Source: Candidatus Cloacimonadales bacterium (GTDB lineage Bacteria; Cloacimonadota; Cloacimonadia; Cloacimonadales; WRIO01). Taken from it: 64,000 nucleotides of DNA. Shown here one piece after another: positions 39,801-45,919 of this stretch; the first letter of the stretch is position 1, and every line of letters begins with the position of its first letter. The translations under genes were made by a program, and so were the position numbers. Under the pieces are notes generated by a model. It was not told where the DNA came from and searched no databases. It saw only the letters and a list, made by a program, of their open reading frames with translations. The DNA is taken from positions 4,971 through 68,970 of the forward strand of contig JBAZCP010000003.1 of NCBI GenBank assembly GCA_041654875.1, written 5' to 3'.

Positions 39801-42055
39801 TATGTGATACCTGGTATTGCACCTCTTGTATTAGATCGTGATAAATATTCAATGCTTGGCGCGTCCCATGTGACATTGACATAACTGGGATAAGGTGTAG
39901 CTAATACATTAGTTGGAGGATTAACTATTTTTTGTAAGGTTGAAAGTGGATGCTCGTAATTTACAACATTTATTAATACTTCTTCATATTCAATACTATG
40001 ATAACCGTTCTTTTCAATGAAAATACTATATGTGCCAAAAGGTACATCTGTAAAATATCCAGCATGGTTCGATGCTATGACTTCATAAACATGATCTGGG
40101 TCTTCATCATGATTAGTTAAAGTTACTTTAGCACCATCAGGCGACGCTCCATCATTAGTTGCAAGGCGAACCATCACATTGCTAAACTCTCCCTTAGTAA
40201 CAGTATTTGAAAATGCAGGAGCAGCCTCATCTTCTCCACCGAACATTGCCAACACAGCATATTGATATGTTCCTGGTTCAACAGAATACCAATCATAGTC
40301 ATAGTATATATTATCTTCGAACAATTCTTCAAGTAATACCCAGTTGTTCTTATTGTCTATATCGTCTTCATTTAACCTATATATTTTAAACTCCATCGTA
40401 AGCGGATAACCATTGTCATCATTGGGTGCATCCCATGTAAGTCCTACAGAGTTTGTATAGTCAGTTGCAATTACATTTGTAGCAGGTACTGGTATTATAT
40501 ATAAAAATATTTCATCTAATTGAGTATCACCAAAAATAGACACTGATTCTAATAAGAAACTATAATATCCATCTAAAGTGACACTTATATCATACATACC
40601 ATCTTCAACATTTTCAAAAATAGCCATACCATCTGATACTATTTCTGTATATATCAACTGGTTGTCATCAAGGCTGGTTAATGTAGCAACAGCACCGTCA
40701 GCCAACCTACCATCGCTCGTTGATACTGGCAAATGCACGTATGTTACACCTTCTTTGTCAACAGGGTTTGATCTTTTTGGATAAGAAATAATTTCATCAG
40801 TATATTTTACATTGACATGATAAAAATACTTACCTTCAGTTAAGCTGTTCCATCCAAAATCTTCATATTCTAAATCGACGAGATCTTCAGCAAGTAAGTC
40901 CCAATTTTCTTCATTTCTCAAATCAGCTTGCTCGCATCGCCAAATAGTGTAAAGGAATGGATCCTCGTTCCAATTTCTTGTGTTTGCCCACTCAATTACT
41001 CCTGGAATTGTCCAAGATACATGAACATACCCGTCGTTCTCAACAGCATCTACACTGGATGGAGGCAATGGATTTCGTTCAAGCAGAACAGGGTCGAGAA
41101 CATGCTCAGTTTCTAATATATATTCATATTCAAATCCAGTTGGATAGTAACCAAACTTTTCTACATTTATATGGTATGTACCGAAAGGTACATTATAAAT
41201 AACAGCCTCTCCGTCTTCTATAAATTCAACCGCTTCAAAAGGATTATAAACTCCATAAATATAAACTCTTGTGTCATCGGCACTACGGCCATCATTGGTG
41301 TCTGCGTATACAGTTACTTTTGCACTATTTGCAACCATATCTGAAAAGGTAGGTTCTGAGTAGTATGATTCTTGATACTTGGCTTTTACAGCATATACGT
41401 ATTGACCATAAGGTGCATCAGCCCAAGTGGTATCTGTAGTCACATATTGATTAGTATCTAAATCAATAAGAGTCCACTCTGGTTCATCATCTATTAAGTT
41501 TACATGAGTTCGCCAAACAGAATATGTAACATACGGAGTATAACCTACAAAATTACTAATTGGTTCTTCCCAAGATATATACATAACATCTGCAGAAATA
41601 TAAGCATTTACATTTCTTGCAGGATTTGGAAACTCATCGAGTATTATTTGTGGATGAGTATAATGCTCAACGGCAATTACTACATTTTCAGCGATATGAG
41701 TAATAAAGCCTTCTTTTTCAACTATAATAGTATATGTCCCATATGGTGCATCATAAAAATATACGTAATTATAATTTTCACTAATGAATTTATATTCATA
41801 GTAGTCTGTGTCAGTATTTTCCAAAGTAACTTTCGCACCTGCAATAGACTGATTGTTTGAAGAAGAAACATATACAGTCAAAGAATATGCAGTATCAGCT
41901 CTTGTAGTATAATTTTTAATAGCATGATTAGTCAATTGATTGTTATTTGACTCAATTTTTGCTGTTTGGCTCCAAAGTATAGTTGAGCATAACAGTGTTA
42001 TGGCTAATAAAATAAGCCTTGCTTTTTTTGAATTAATAAGAAAATTCATTTCCAT
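33881..42055 (-). CDS. Giant (2724 aa) modular cell-surface protein: about 13 tandem [carboxypeptidase-regulatory-like beta-sandwich + Fn3-like] modules, a choice-of-anchor-J/cleaved-adhesin-like domain, and a T9SS-type C-terminal sorting domain
   Basis: Signal peptide. About 13 recurrences of the ..FGTY.I.VEK.GY.. module signature, spaced ~180-190 aa apart. Near the C-terminus, FFVENFEGSVFPPDGWTIIDADEDGYNWHV (about 34200-34740). The terminus is LFANYPNPFNPETTINFEM...SGIYFYNMKSGKYTSTRKMILMK (33884-34155). Confidence 0.9.
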   Translation of the reverse strand: MEMNFLINSKKARLILLAITLLCSTILWSQTAKIESNNNQLTNHAIKNYTTRADTAYSLTVYVSSSNNQSIAGAKVTLENTDTDYYEYKFISENYNYVYFYDAPYGTYTIIVEKEGFITHIAENVVIAVEHYTHPQIILDEFPNPARNVNAYISADVMYISWEEPISNFVGYTPYVTYSVWRTHVNLIDDEPEWTLIDLDTNQYVTTDTTWADAPYGQYVYAVKAKYQESYYSEPTFSDMVANSAKVTVYADTNDGRSADDTRVYIYGVYNPFEAVEFIEDGEAVIYNVPFGTYHINVEKFGYYPTGFEYEYILETEHVLDPVLLERNPLPPSSVDAVENDGYVHVSWTIPGVIEWANTRNWNEDPFLYTIWRCEQADLRNEENWDLLAEDLVDLEYEDFGWNSLTEGKYFYHVNVKYTDEIISYPKRSNPVDKEGVTYVHLPVSTSDGRLADGAVATLTSLDDNQLIYTEIVSDGMAIFENVEDGMYDISVTLDGYYSFLLESVSIFGDTQLDEIFLYIIPVPATNVIATDYTNSVGLTWDAPNDDNGYPLTMEFKIYRLNEDDIDNKNNWVLLEELFEDNIYYDYDWYSVEPGTYQYAVLAMFGGEDEAAPAFSNTVTKGEFSNVMVRLATNDGASPDGAKVTLTNHDEDPDHVYEVIASNHAGYFTDVPFGTYSIFIEKNGYHSIEYEEVLINVVNYEHPLSTLQKIVNPPTNVLATPYPSYVNVTWDAPSIEYLSRSNTRGAIPGITYTIWRSLEGEVSDEDDWVLLATNISTTYYDDNTWNNADYDSYVYIVKAYYSENVVSGPAYSNVVTKDPTCYIFISISTSDQASADGAVVTLTNQNNNPDYVYSDVVTPVAAGVGFPAVWFGTYTITVEKVGYETYIESDVIVNVPAIQHPTIILQKLPEPPTNVVAIDYESSVEVTWIAPMDDNGDPLDANYKIVRTLIENIENSENWTVLKEEYSGTQYYDNDWLTIDPGQYVYMIAAVYDDDTQSAFVSSNTVTKGEFSTVIVRLETSDDASSDGATVTLVNNNENPDHVFEVVASNNAGYFTNIPFGTYSIEVELVGYTPVLVENIVIETTYYEHAVILLNKIIYPATNVYAEAFQDHVTISWDAPQTIPGTALDVTYNIWRLLSTDEEDEQEWVVISEGFEDTQINDSGWATTMPDVYKYAVQVIYDDGTESEIAFSNEVTKLPFSHVSIQVMTSDGTNSAGAVVTLTSTDSDSVYTTTIDTRVAQFPAVWFGTYDLSIEKDGYVSYLEEDVVIDDVYYQHPVVTLEKILYPATNVYAEAFQDHVTISWDAPQTTLDVTYTIFRLLSSDEEFEDAWEIIEEDYEMTQINDNGWATINPEVYKYAVKAYYSNGVLSDPEFSNEVTKLPFSHVSIQVMTSDGTNSAGAVVTLTSTDSDSVYTTTIDTRVAQFPAVWFGTYDLSIEKDGYVSYLEEDVVIDDVYYQHPVVTLEKILYPPTNVIAEIVGQNVDVSWDEPNNNIIIFANKRTNRSPISYVIWRSLAENSNNEEAWSLLGNNLTNTNYTDMAWNNLSSGNYLYIVKAVYSGGVSSEPAFSNIIEKHPLSNVNIILSTSDGQTTTGALVTLTNIDNDPEHVYTKTADPTSQIVNFPTVWYGTYTIQVEKDGYHAYTQENVLINQLQYTHPLITLNEIAYTPTNFVVSTTQTRATLNWSSPNIQRGFRVSTDSDRALTYYRIWRAPLETVENVATWTSIVNNFSGTSYNDNTWASVPIGEYQYIIKAIYTGGLESEAVLSNVVEKQPLSNVSITLNTNDNQPAAGAVVTLTNGDGNPDHTYTQTADPTSQIVNFPAVWYGTYTINVEKQGYYSVTIEGILINQDQYTHPTITLEEIAYPPANLVASVNQSRATLSWDAPNANRNTRLHASYQIWRSPLASINNDEEWTEIATNITATSYTDNSWAQVAIGDYQYIVKAIYSSGSESIPVFSNTVSKDPLSSVSIVLATSDNQPTSGAVITLTNYDGNPDHIYTQTANPTSQIVSFPAVWYGTYTIHVNKQGYHEYTEEGVEIDQEVYEHSLITLEEIAYPPSNLVVTTTRTQATLFWNAPSNRGLRVFVSYKIWRSAIDTIEDDSTWSLVSEDVNAISYIDNTWEELSVGEYQYIVKAIYTTGLESEAVFSNTVNKEPISTATFTLATTDNQSADGATITLTNNDGNPDHIYVGTADPTSQFVTFNEVWFGEYTVDVEKDGYHSYTENNVIIDQFEYSHETITLMEIAYPPTNFVATATREEVELSWNAPGDDTHIAVIMSPRKETISLVRKNTKVDVNHRSNSRGVIGYQLWRSKLEDIEQADLWAEIVNDFEETEYTDLSWGEVASGEYKYILKAIYTGDLESDEVYSNSVIKEPYSHVTIVIETEDGEPAEGARITLKNMDDNTEIEYSEIAISDELIFPEVLFGTYKIYVEKHGYLPAIEDNVEIYVDEYIHETIILELNNFFFVENFEGSVFPPDGWTIIDADEDGYNWHVMDLEANAYSGSQFATSASYINGIGPLLPDNWLITKPISLPEGSTYGLTYWIGARDPLWPEEYYSVLVSTTDNDIDSFEEIYSETVETGEYSQRIINLPYAGEEIYIAFRHYNSTDWYFISLDDVEVGLYVNTDDNAIEKPNTKLFANYPNPFNPETTINFEMEKDAYVTIDIYNAKGQKVKTLVNEHKRKGMHSVIWNGKDGNGQSVGSGIYFYNMKSGKYTSTRKMILMK
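37638..37937 (-). repeat. Intragenic duplicated module segment, copy A
   Basis: It aligns with 38187-38486 at a fixed offset of 549 nt (183 codons). Positions 37662-37828 are identical to 38211-38377 (167 nt). The flank differs only at synonymous sites. Confidence 0.9.
38187..38486 (-). repeat. Intragenic duplicated module segment, copy B
   Basis: See copy A. The ~95-aa encoded stretch is identical (KLPFSHVSIQVMTSDGTNSAGAVVTLTSTDSDSVYTTTIDTRVAQFPAVWFGTYDLSIEKDGYVSYLEEDVVIDDVYYQHPVVTLEKILYP). Confidence 0.9.
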
Positions 42056-42074
42056 CCTCCTATAATTATCATTT

Positions 42075-42103
42075 CATATAACAATACTATGTTTATTTGT
42101 CAA
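42075..42103 (-). promoter_or_regulatory. Sigma70-type promoter of the giant gene
   Basis: Minus strand: TTGACA (42103-42098), 17 nt, TATATG (42080-42075). AGGAGG RBS precedes the ATG at 42055. Confidence 0.45.
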
Positions 42104-42199
42104 GGTATTTTTACTCATATTTTTGTTTTTCTGATCAGATCCAAAATGATTTGTTAAAATACACTCTTTTAACTTCTCTGAAAGTCCAAAAATAGCCAT

Positions 42200-42297
42200 T
42201 ATAATTCCCTTTGCACTCCTCCTACATTCCTACTACATTCCTACTACTTCTCCAAGATAGCAGGGGGATGGTAACGGGATGGTAACGGGATGCAAAG
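42200..42297 (+). repeat. Copy 2 of the conserved intergenic element (candidate structured RNA or REP/MITE-like repeat)
   Basis: Order of parts: CCCTTTGC (42207-14); CATTCCTACTA x2 (42225-46); TTCTCCAAGATAGCAGGGGG (42248-67); GGTAACGGGAT x2 (42270-91); TGCAAAG. No ORF. It lies between two divergent promoters. Confidence 0.5.
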
Positions 42298-42564
42298 AAA
42301 GTGCTATTGAGTTAATTGTCTGTAATAAAGGGAATAATAGTCAATATTTAATTGAGAAAAAGATTCAGTTTAAATAGCTAATGCAAATCTTGTTACAAAA
42401 ATAATTATAATAAAAAATTATCCACATTTATGCTGATTAAATCAAGCTTATCTAAAATATCTTTAAGAATATCAAAATAATTCTTGACAAAAAAGCCACG
42501 TAGTGTTTTAGTGTTATAGTTATATACTTCACTATCGTTCTAATACATTAAAAAAGGAGGATAA

Positions 42565-42942
42565 ATGAATGTCTTTAATAACGATACGCCAATCTACTTG
42601 CAAGTAAAAGAACATATTGAAACTGCAATTTTAAACAATGATCTTGCAGAAAATGAATCTTTGCCATCATTAAGGCAGCTTGCAAAAGACTTTGTCTTAA
42701 ACCCAATCACAATCTCAAATGCGATCAACCTTTTAGAAGACGAAGGCATTCTTTTTAAAAAAAGAGGAATAGGAGTCTTTGTGGAAAAGAATGCTAAAAG
42801 TAAAATAATTTCAAAACAAAGAAATGAATTTCTATTAAAAACCTTATCACAAACAATAGAAAAGGCAAAATTATTAGAAATAAATGAAGAGGTATTAATA
42901 AACCAAGTAAAAAAAATATATGGAGGGGGAAATGACAAATAA
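42565..42942 (+). CDS. GntR-family (YtrA-like) transcriptional regulator
   Basis: 125 aa. The winged HTH is LPSLRQLAKDFVLNPITISNAINLLEDEGILFKKRGIGVFV. The short YtrA-type length and the downstream ABC genes fit this call. Confidence 0.85.
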   Translation: MNVFNNDTPIYLQVKEHIETAILNNDLAENESLPSLRQLAKDFVLNPITISNAINLLEDEGILFKKRGIGVFVEKNAKSKIISKQRNEFLLKTLSQTIEKAKLLEINEEVLINQVKKIYGGGNDK

Positions 42943-43825
42943 CACATTATTTCAAGACGGATATCATGAAATTGCACCTGCAATCGTTGTAAATAAGCTC
43001 ACTAAGTGTTACAAAAAATTTAAAGCTCTTGATGATTTAAGTATTTCTTTGCCAAAGGGTAAAATAATTGGATTATTGGGGAAAAATGGGGCTGGTAAAT
43101 CAACACTTATGAGATGTATGCTCGGCATGTTGAAATATCAAGGCGAAATAGCAATTGAAGATGAAATAGTTAGTCATAGAGATAGTTCAGTATTTGAAAA
43201 TGTCGCTTTTATACCAGATGTAAGTGGTTTGGATGACAGACTCACAGTAAAGCAAACTATCGATTATGTCTCTCAAATTAATCCAAAGTGGAATGAAACA
43301 ACAGCCAATAAACTAATGCAAATTAGTTCACTGCCACTAAACAAAAAAGTTGGGCATCTCTCAAAAGGCATGAAAACAAAGCTTTATCTTTTGGTTACTC
43401 TTTCTCTTGATGTAGATATTCTGTTGCTTGATGAACCAACATTGGGGCTTGATATAGCTTTCCGAAAAGAGTTTTTCAATACAATATTAGGTGAATTCTT
43501 TAATGAAGATAAGACAATCCTGATATCGACCCATCAAGTCGAAGAAATAGAACCTCTTTTACAAGAGATTATATTTATTGATCAAGGTAAAATTATTTTG
43601 CATGCAGATGTTGAAGAGTTAAAAAATAGTTTTAATGTAGTTAGTGTTGCAAATGATTTAAAAGAAGAATTACTATCTCATAAACCCAAACTTGTTACCA
43701 AATCATTAGGACAAATAAGTGGAATCTTGCCAGCAGATATTTTGATAGATAATGCACATTATAGTAGGCCACAGCTTGCAGACTTATTTTTAGCACATGT
43801 AGGAGGTTATAATGAAACAATTTAA
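42932..43825 (+). CDS. ABC transporter ATP-binding protein
   Basis: Walker A GKNGAGKST, signature LSKGMKTK, Walker B ILLLDEP. The ATG at 42932 follows GGAGGGGG. The track start at 42920 is less likely. Confidence 0.9.
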   Translation: MTNNTLFQDGYHEIAPAIVVNKLTKCYKKFKALDDLSISLPKGKIIGLLGKNGAGKSTLMRCMLGMLKYQGEIAIEDEIVSHRDSSVFENVAFIPDVSGLDDRLTVKQTIDYVSQINPKWNETTANKLMQISSLPLNKKVGHLSKGMKTKLYLLVTLSLDVDILLLDEPTLGLDIAFRKEFFNTILGEFFNEDKTILISTHQVEEIEPLLQEIIFIDQGKIILHADVEELKNSFNVVSVANDLKEELLSHKPKLVTKSLGQISGILPADILIDNAHYSRPQLADLFLAHVGGYNETI

Positions 43826-44684
43826 AGGATTAATACAGAAAGAATGGAATACCTATAAAAAGGTTTTCATGGTACCAATCTGGCTTGCTATTGGTTTTTA
43901 CGCACTCAACATCTTACTCTCACTTTATAGCCTTACAAGGCATAACTTTGTATTCACTGTACCAATAGACATTAACCCAGATCACTTGAATCTGGGCACA
44001 TATTTTATTGCCCAGATAGCAGCTATTTTACCATATGGACTAATGATTATTTTTATAATAAAGATTGTCAGTGATATGATGAATGATGATTTCAAAAACA
44101 AGTGTGCAATTTTTCATTTAGCACAACCAGTCAGCATTTTTAAAGTAATAATAGCAAAAATTTCACTTGTATTGTTTGCAGGTTATACAATACCATTAGT
44201 CATTGCATTAGTTAATCAAGTTATTTTCTCATCTATTTTTCGATATTATGCCGATTTTCAAGTATCATATTCATACATTGCTTTTATTCAGACATCTTTA
44301 ATTGTTATTATTCCAATTGTATTTTTATCATCATTATTTTTGATGCTTGAGACAATATTTCAAAAGAAAAGCTATATGTATGTAGTTGGTGCATTTGTGA
44401 TCGAGACCCTGATAAATATTGCTAATCGTGTTTGGAGTCTTAAAGTTCCATCGTTGATCAATAATATTATTTATCTATCAATTGGAAAAACAATGACAAA
44501 CCCATTTGATTCACAAAAATATCTGTTTCAAAAGGTAAGCAATGGAGCATACTCAATTCTGACGCAATCAATTCAAGAGATTTGGATTAACCTTTTTGAT
44601 ATACTGAATCTATGGAGACTTGTATTGAGTGTGCTATTTATCGTAATTGCTTATTACTTTTATAAATCGAGAGAAATAGCATAG
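43812..44684 (+). CDS. Polytopic membrane protein, probable ABC-2-type permease partner
   Basis: 290 aa with about 6 hydrophobic segments. It overlaps the ATPase gene by 14 nt. Confidence 0.7.
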   Translation: MKQFKGLIQKEWNTYKKVFMVPIWLAIGFYALNILLSLYSLTRHNFVFTVPIDINPDHLNLGTYFIAQIAAILPYGLMIIFIIKIVSDMMNDDFKNKCAIFHLAQPVSIFKVIIAKISLVLFAGYTIPLVIALVNQVIFSSIFRYYADFQVSYSYIAFIQTSLIVIIPIVFLSSLFLMLETIFQKKSYMYVVGAFVIETLINIANRVWSLKVPSLINNIIYLSIGKTMTNPFDSQKYLFQKVSNGAYSILTQSIQEIWINLFDILNLWRLVLSVLFIVIAYYFYKSREIA

Positions 44685-44693
44685 AATTATAAA

Positions 44694-44719
44694 AGGTGCG
44701 ATTAATCGCACCTTTTTTT
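44694..44719 (+). terminator. Rho-independent terminator of the GntR-ABC operon
   Basis: AGGTGCGA / TTAA / TCGCACCT, followed by T7. It lies 10 nt after the stop. Confidence 0.8.
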
Positions 44720-44767
44720 AGAATTGTTAATATGAAGATTTATCAAATATTATTCTTGGCAAAAAAA

Positions 44768-44842
44768 TGGAGCGGGAAACGGGGGTCGAACCCGCGACAT
44801 CTACCTTGGCAAGGTAGCGCTCTACCACTGAGCTATTCCCGC
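44768..44842 (-). tRNA. tRNA-Gly (GCC), CCA encoded
   Basis: Reverse complement GCGGGAATAGCTCAGTGGTAGAGCGCTACCTTGCCAAGGTAGATGTCGCGGGTTCGACCCCCGTTTCCCGCTCCA folds as a cloverleaf. Anticodon loop TTGCCAA. Confidence 0.93.
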
Positions 44843-44863
44843 AGCCTACTGACTGAAAATTGT

Positions 44864-44889
44864 AAACGCCGAGCCAGCTCGGCGTTTTT
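44864..44889. terminator. GC-rich hairpin between tRNA-Leu and tRNA-Gly (terminator-like or processing hairpin)
   Basis: ACGCCGAGC (44866-74) / CA / GCTCGGCGT (44877-85). T5 follows on plus, and TTTACAATTTT follows on minus. Confidence 0.45.
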
Positions 44890-44893
44890 AATA

Positions 44894-44980
44894 TGGTACC
44901 AGAGACCGGACTTGAACCGGTACAGGATTAATCCCGAGGGATTTTAAGTCCCTTGTGTCTACCTATTCCACCACTCCGGC
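44894..44980 (-). tRNA. tRNA-Leu (UAA), long variable arm, CCA encoded
   Basis: Reverse complement GCCGGAGTGGTGGAATAGGTAGACACAAGGGACTTAAAATCCCTCGGGATTAATCCTGTACCGGTTCAAGTCCGGTCTCTGGTACCA. Anticodon loop CTTAAAA. Confidence 0.9.
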
Positions 44981-45000
44981 AAACTAATCGTCATTAATGT

Positions 45001-45074
45001 TGGAGGCGACACCCGGATTTGAACCGGGGATGAGGATTTTGCAGACCCTTGCCTTACCACTTGGCGATGTCGCC
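45001..45074 (-). tRNA. tRNA-Cys (GCA), CCA encoded
   Basis: Reverse complement GGCGACATCGCCAAGTGGTAAGGCAAGGGTCTGCAAAATCCTCATCCCCGGTTCAAATCCGGGTGTCGCCTCCA. Anticodon loop CTGCAAA. Confidence 0.9.
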
Positions 45075-45081
45075 CAAAATA

Positions 45082-45156
45082 TGGAGCGGGAAACGGGGGT
45101 CGAACCCGCGACATCTACCTTGGCAAGGTAGCGCTCTACCACTGAGCTATTCCCGC
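45082..45156 (-). tRNA. tRNA-Gly (GCC), identical second copy
   Basis: The 75 nt are identical to 44768-44842. Confidence 0.93.
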
Positions 45157-45362
45157 AACAACGTCACATCTATCTTTCCAATCTTTAACCTTTTTAAAAG
45201 AGTGAGTTTTCTTGTCAATATATTTTTTATACTTTTTGATAAATGCTTTTATATAGTGTTATATTAACGTTATTTCCGCATTATTTATTATTATTTTAAA
45301 AGAGCTATCAAATACTCTGTTTTTGCTATTACTGCAATTAACAAAAGCTTTTCTTGTTATAT

Positions 45363-45917
45363 TTAAGCATTAAAATCATTTTCATTAAAGACTTCAGCAG
45401 AAAACCTGTAAAGTTTTGCTTCTTGACTATTCCATGAGCCTTTTGGCAAACCTGCTTTATTGCACAGTTGCTCCAAGAAAGTATCGACATTCCATCCATA
45501 CTCCGTTGCTACTTGAGGCAATAAGACTCCGCTTCCATAAGGGTGTTCGAGCAATAAACCATCTCTGCCAATATGTATTTCAGACTTCTCCTTTATAAGA
45601 ATCATTTCTGACAAAACTGATATTTCTATATTGATGCTATCAAGCTCATTTAATGTTACAGGCTCAAATCTTGGATCTCTAAAAGCTGCTGCAATAGCCA
45701 TTTCTAAAACAGTCTCTTTTAAAGACTTATAAGCAACAATATAACCAATACAGCCGCGTAGATGACCTTTCTTATTAAGTGTCACAAAAGCACCACGTTT
45801 TTCATTGTATATAGGCTCATTAAAATCGTTAAGATCGGGACTTACCCCTTGAAATCTACCTTCAATAGTGTTTCTTGCCAATTTCAATAATTCTTTTTTA
45901 ATCTCATCATTTAACAT
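45363..45917 (-). CDS. amrA: AMMECR1-domain protein (AmmeMemoRadiSam system protein A)
   Basis: 184 aa. GAFVTLNKKGHLRGCIGYI and RDPRF motifs are present. It lies adjacent to a MEMO1-like gene. Confidence 0.9.
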   Translation of the reverse strand: MLNDEIKKELLKLARNTIEGRFQGVSPDLNDFNEPIYNEKRGAFVTLNKKGHLRGCIGYIVAYKSLKETVLEMAIAAAFRDPRFEPVTLNELDSINIEISVLSEMILIKEKSEIHIGRDGLLLEHPYGSGVLLPQVATEYGWNVDTFLEQLCNKAGLPKGSWNSQEAKLYRFSAEVFNENDFNA

Positions 45918-45919
45918 AA

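Noticed and set aside
35549-41860. Numerous 60-118-aa plus-strand ORFs antisense to the giant gene (for example 37100..37369, 38159..38446, 41504..41860)
   Set aside because: They are shadow ORFs in AT-rich repetitive coding DNA. They repeat only because the sense gene repeats, have low-complexity Cys/Ile/Asn-rich translations, and lack an RBS.
33881-42055. The periodic repeats inside the giant gene as a CRISPR array or a DGR template/variable-repeat pair
   Set aside because: The repeat period is ~550 nt and is fully coding in one long ORF. There are no short direct repeats with unique spacers, no cas genes, no reverse transcriptase, and no adenine-specific mismatch pattern between the copies. 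The differences are ordinary synonymous changes.
42200-42205. ATTATAAT immediately upstream of the copy-2 5' arm as the promoter of an independent sRNA
   Set aside because: The -35 region is poor on both strands. A start 6-8 nt downstream would fall inside the CCCTTTGC arm and remove the proposed hairpin. I kept it only as an alternative DNA-level reading, not as a called promoter.
23656-42292. Copies 1 and 2 of the element as terminal inverted repeats of a composite transposon or genomic island
   Set aside because: The enclosed genes are housekeeping (lon, PiT, hcp). No transposase, integrase or recombinase is present, and no target-site duplication is visible. A third copy lies elsewhere in direct orientation. 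I kept only the possibility of an inversion.
42594-42983. 129-aa minus-strand ORF opposite the GntR gene, plus similar antisense ORFs (18036..18455, 53200..54538, 57514..58278, 46778..47065)
   Set aside because: Each overlaps a confidently identified gene on the other strand or in another frame. They have hydrophobic or low-complexity translations, and no start context supports them.
44696-45267. Track ORFs 44696..44947 (+, 83 aa) and 45049..45267 (+, 72 aa), which share the peptide [24 protein letters not shown]
   Set aside because: They are translations of the antisense strand of the tRNA cluster. The shared peptide comes from the duplicated tRNA-Gly gene. There is no RBS and no independent support.
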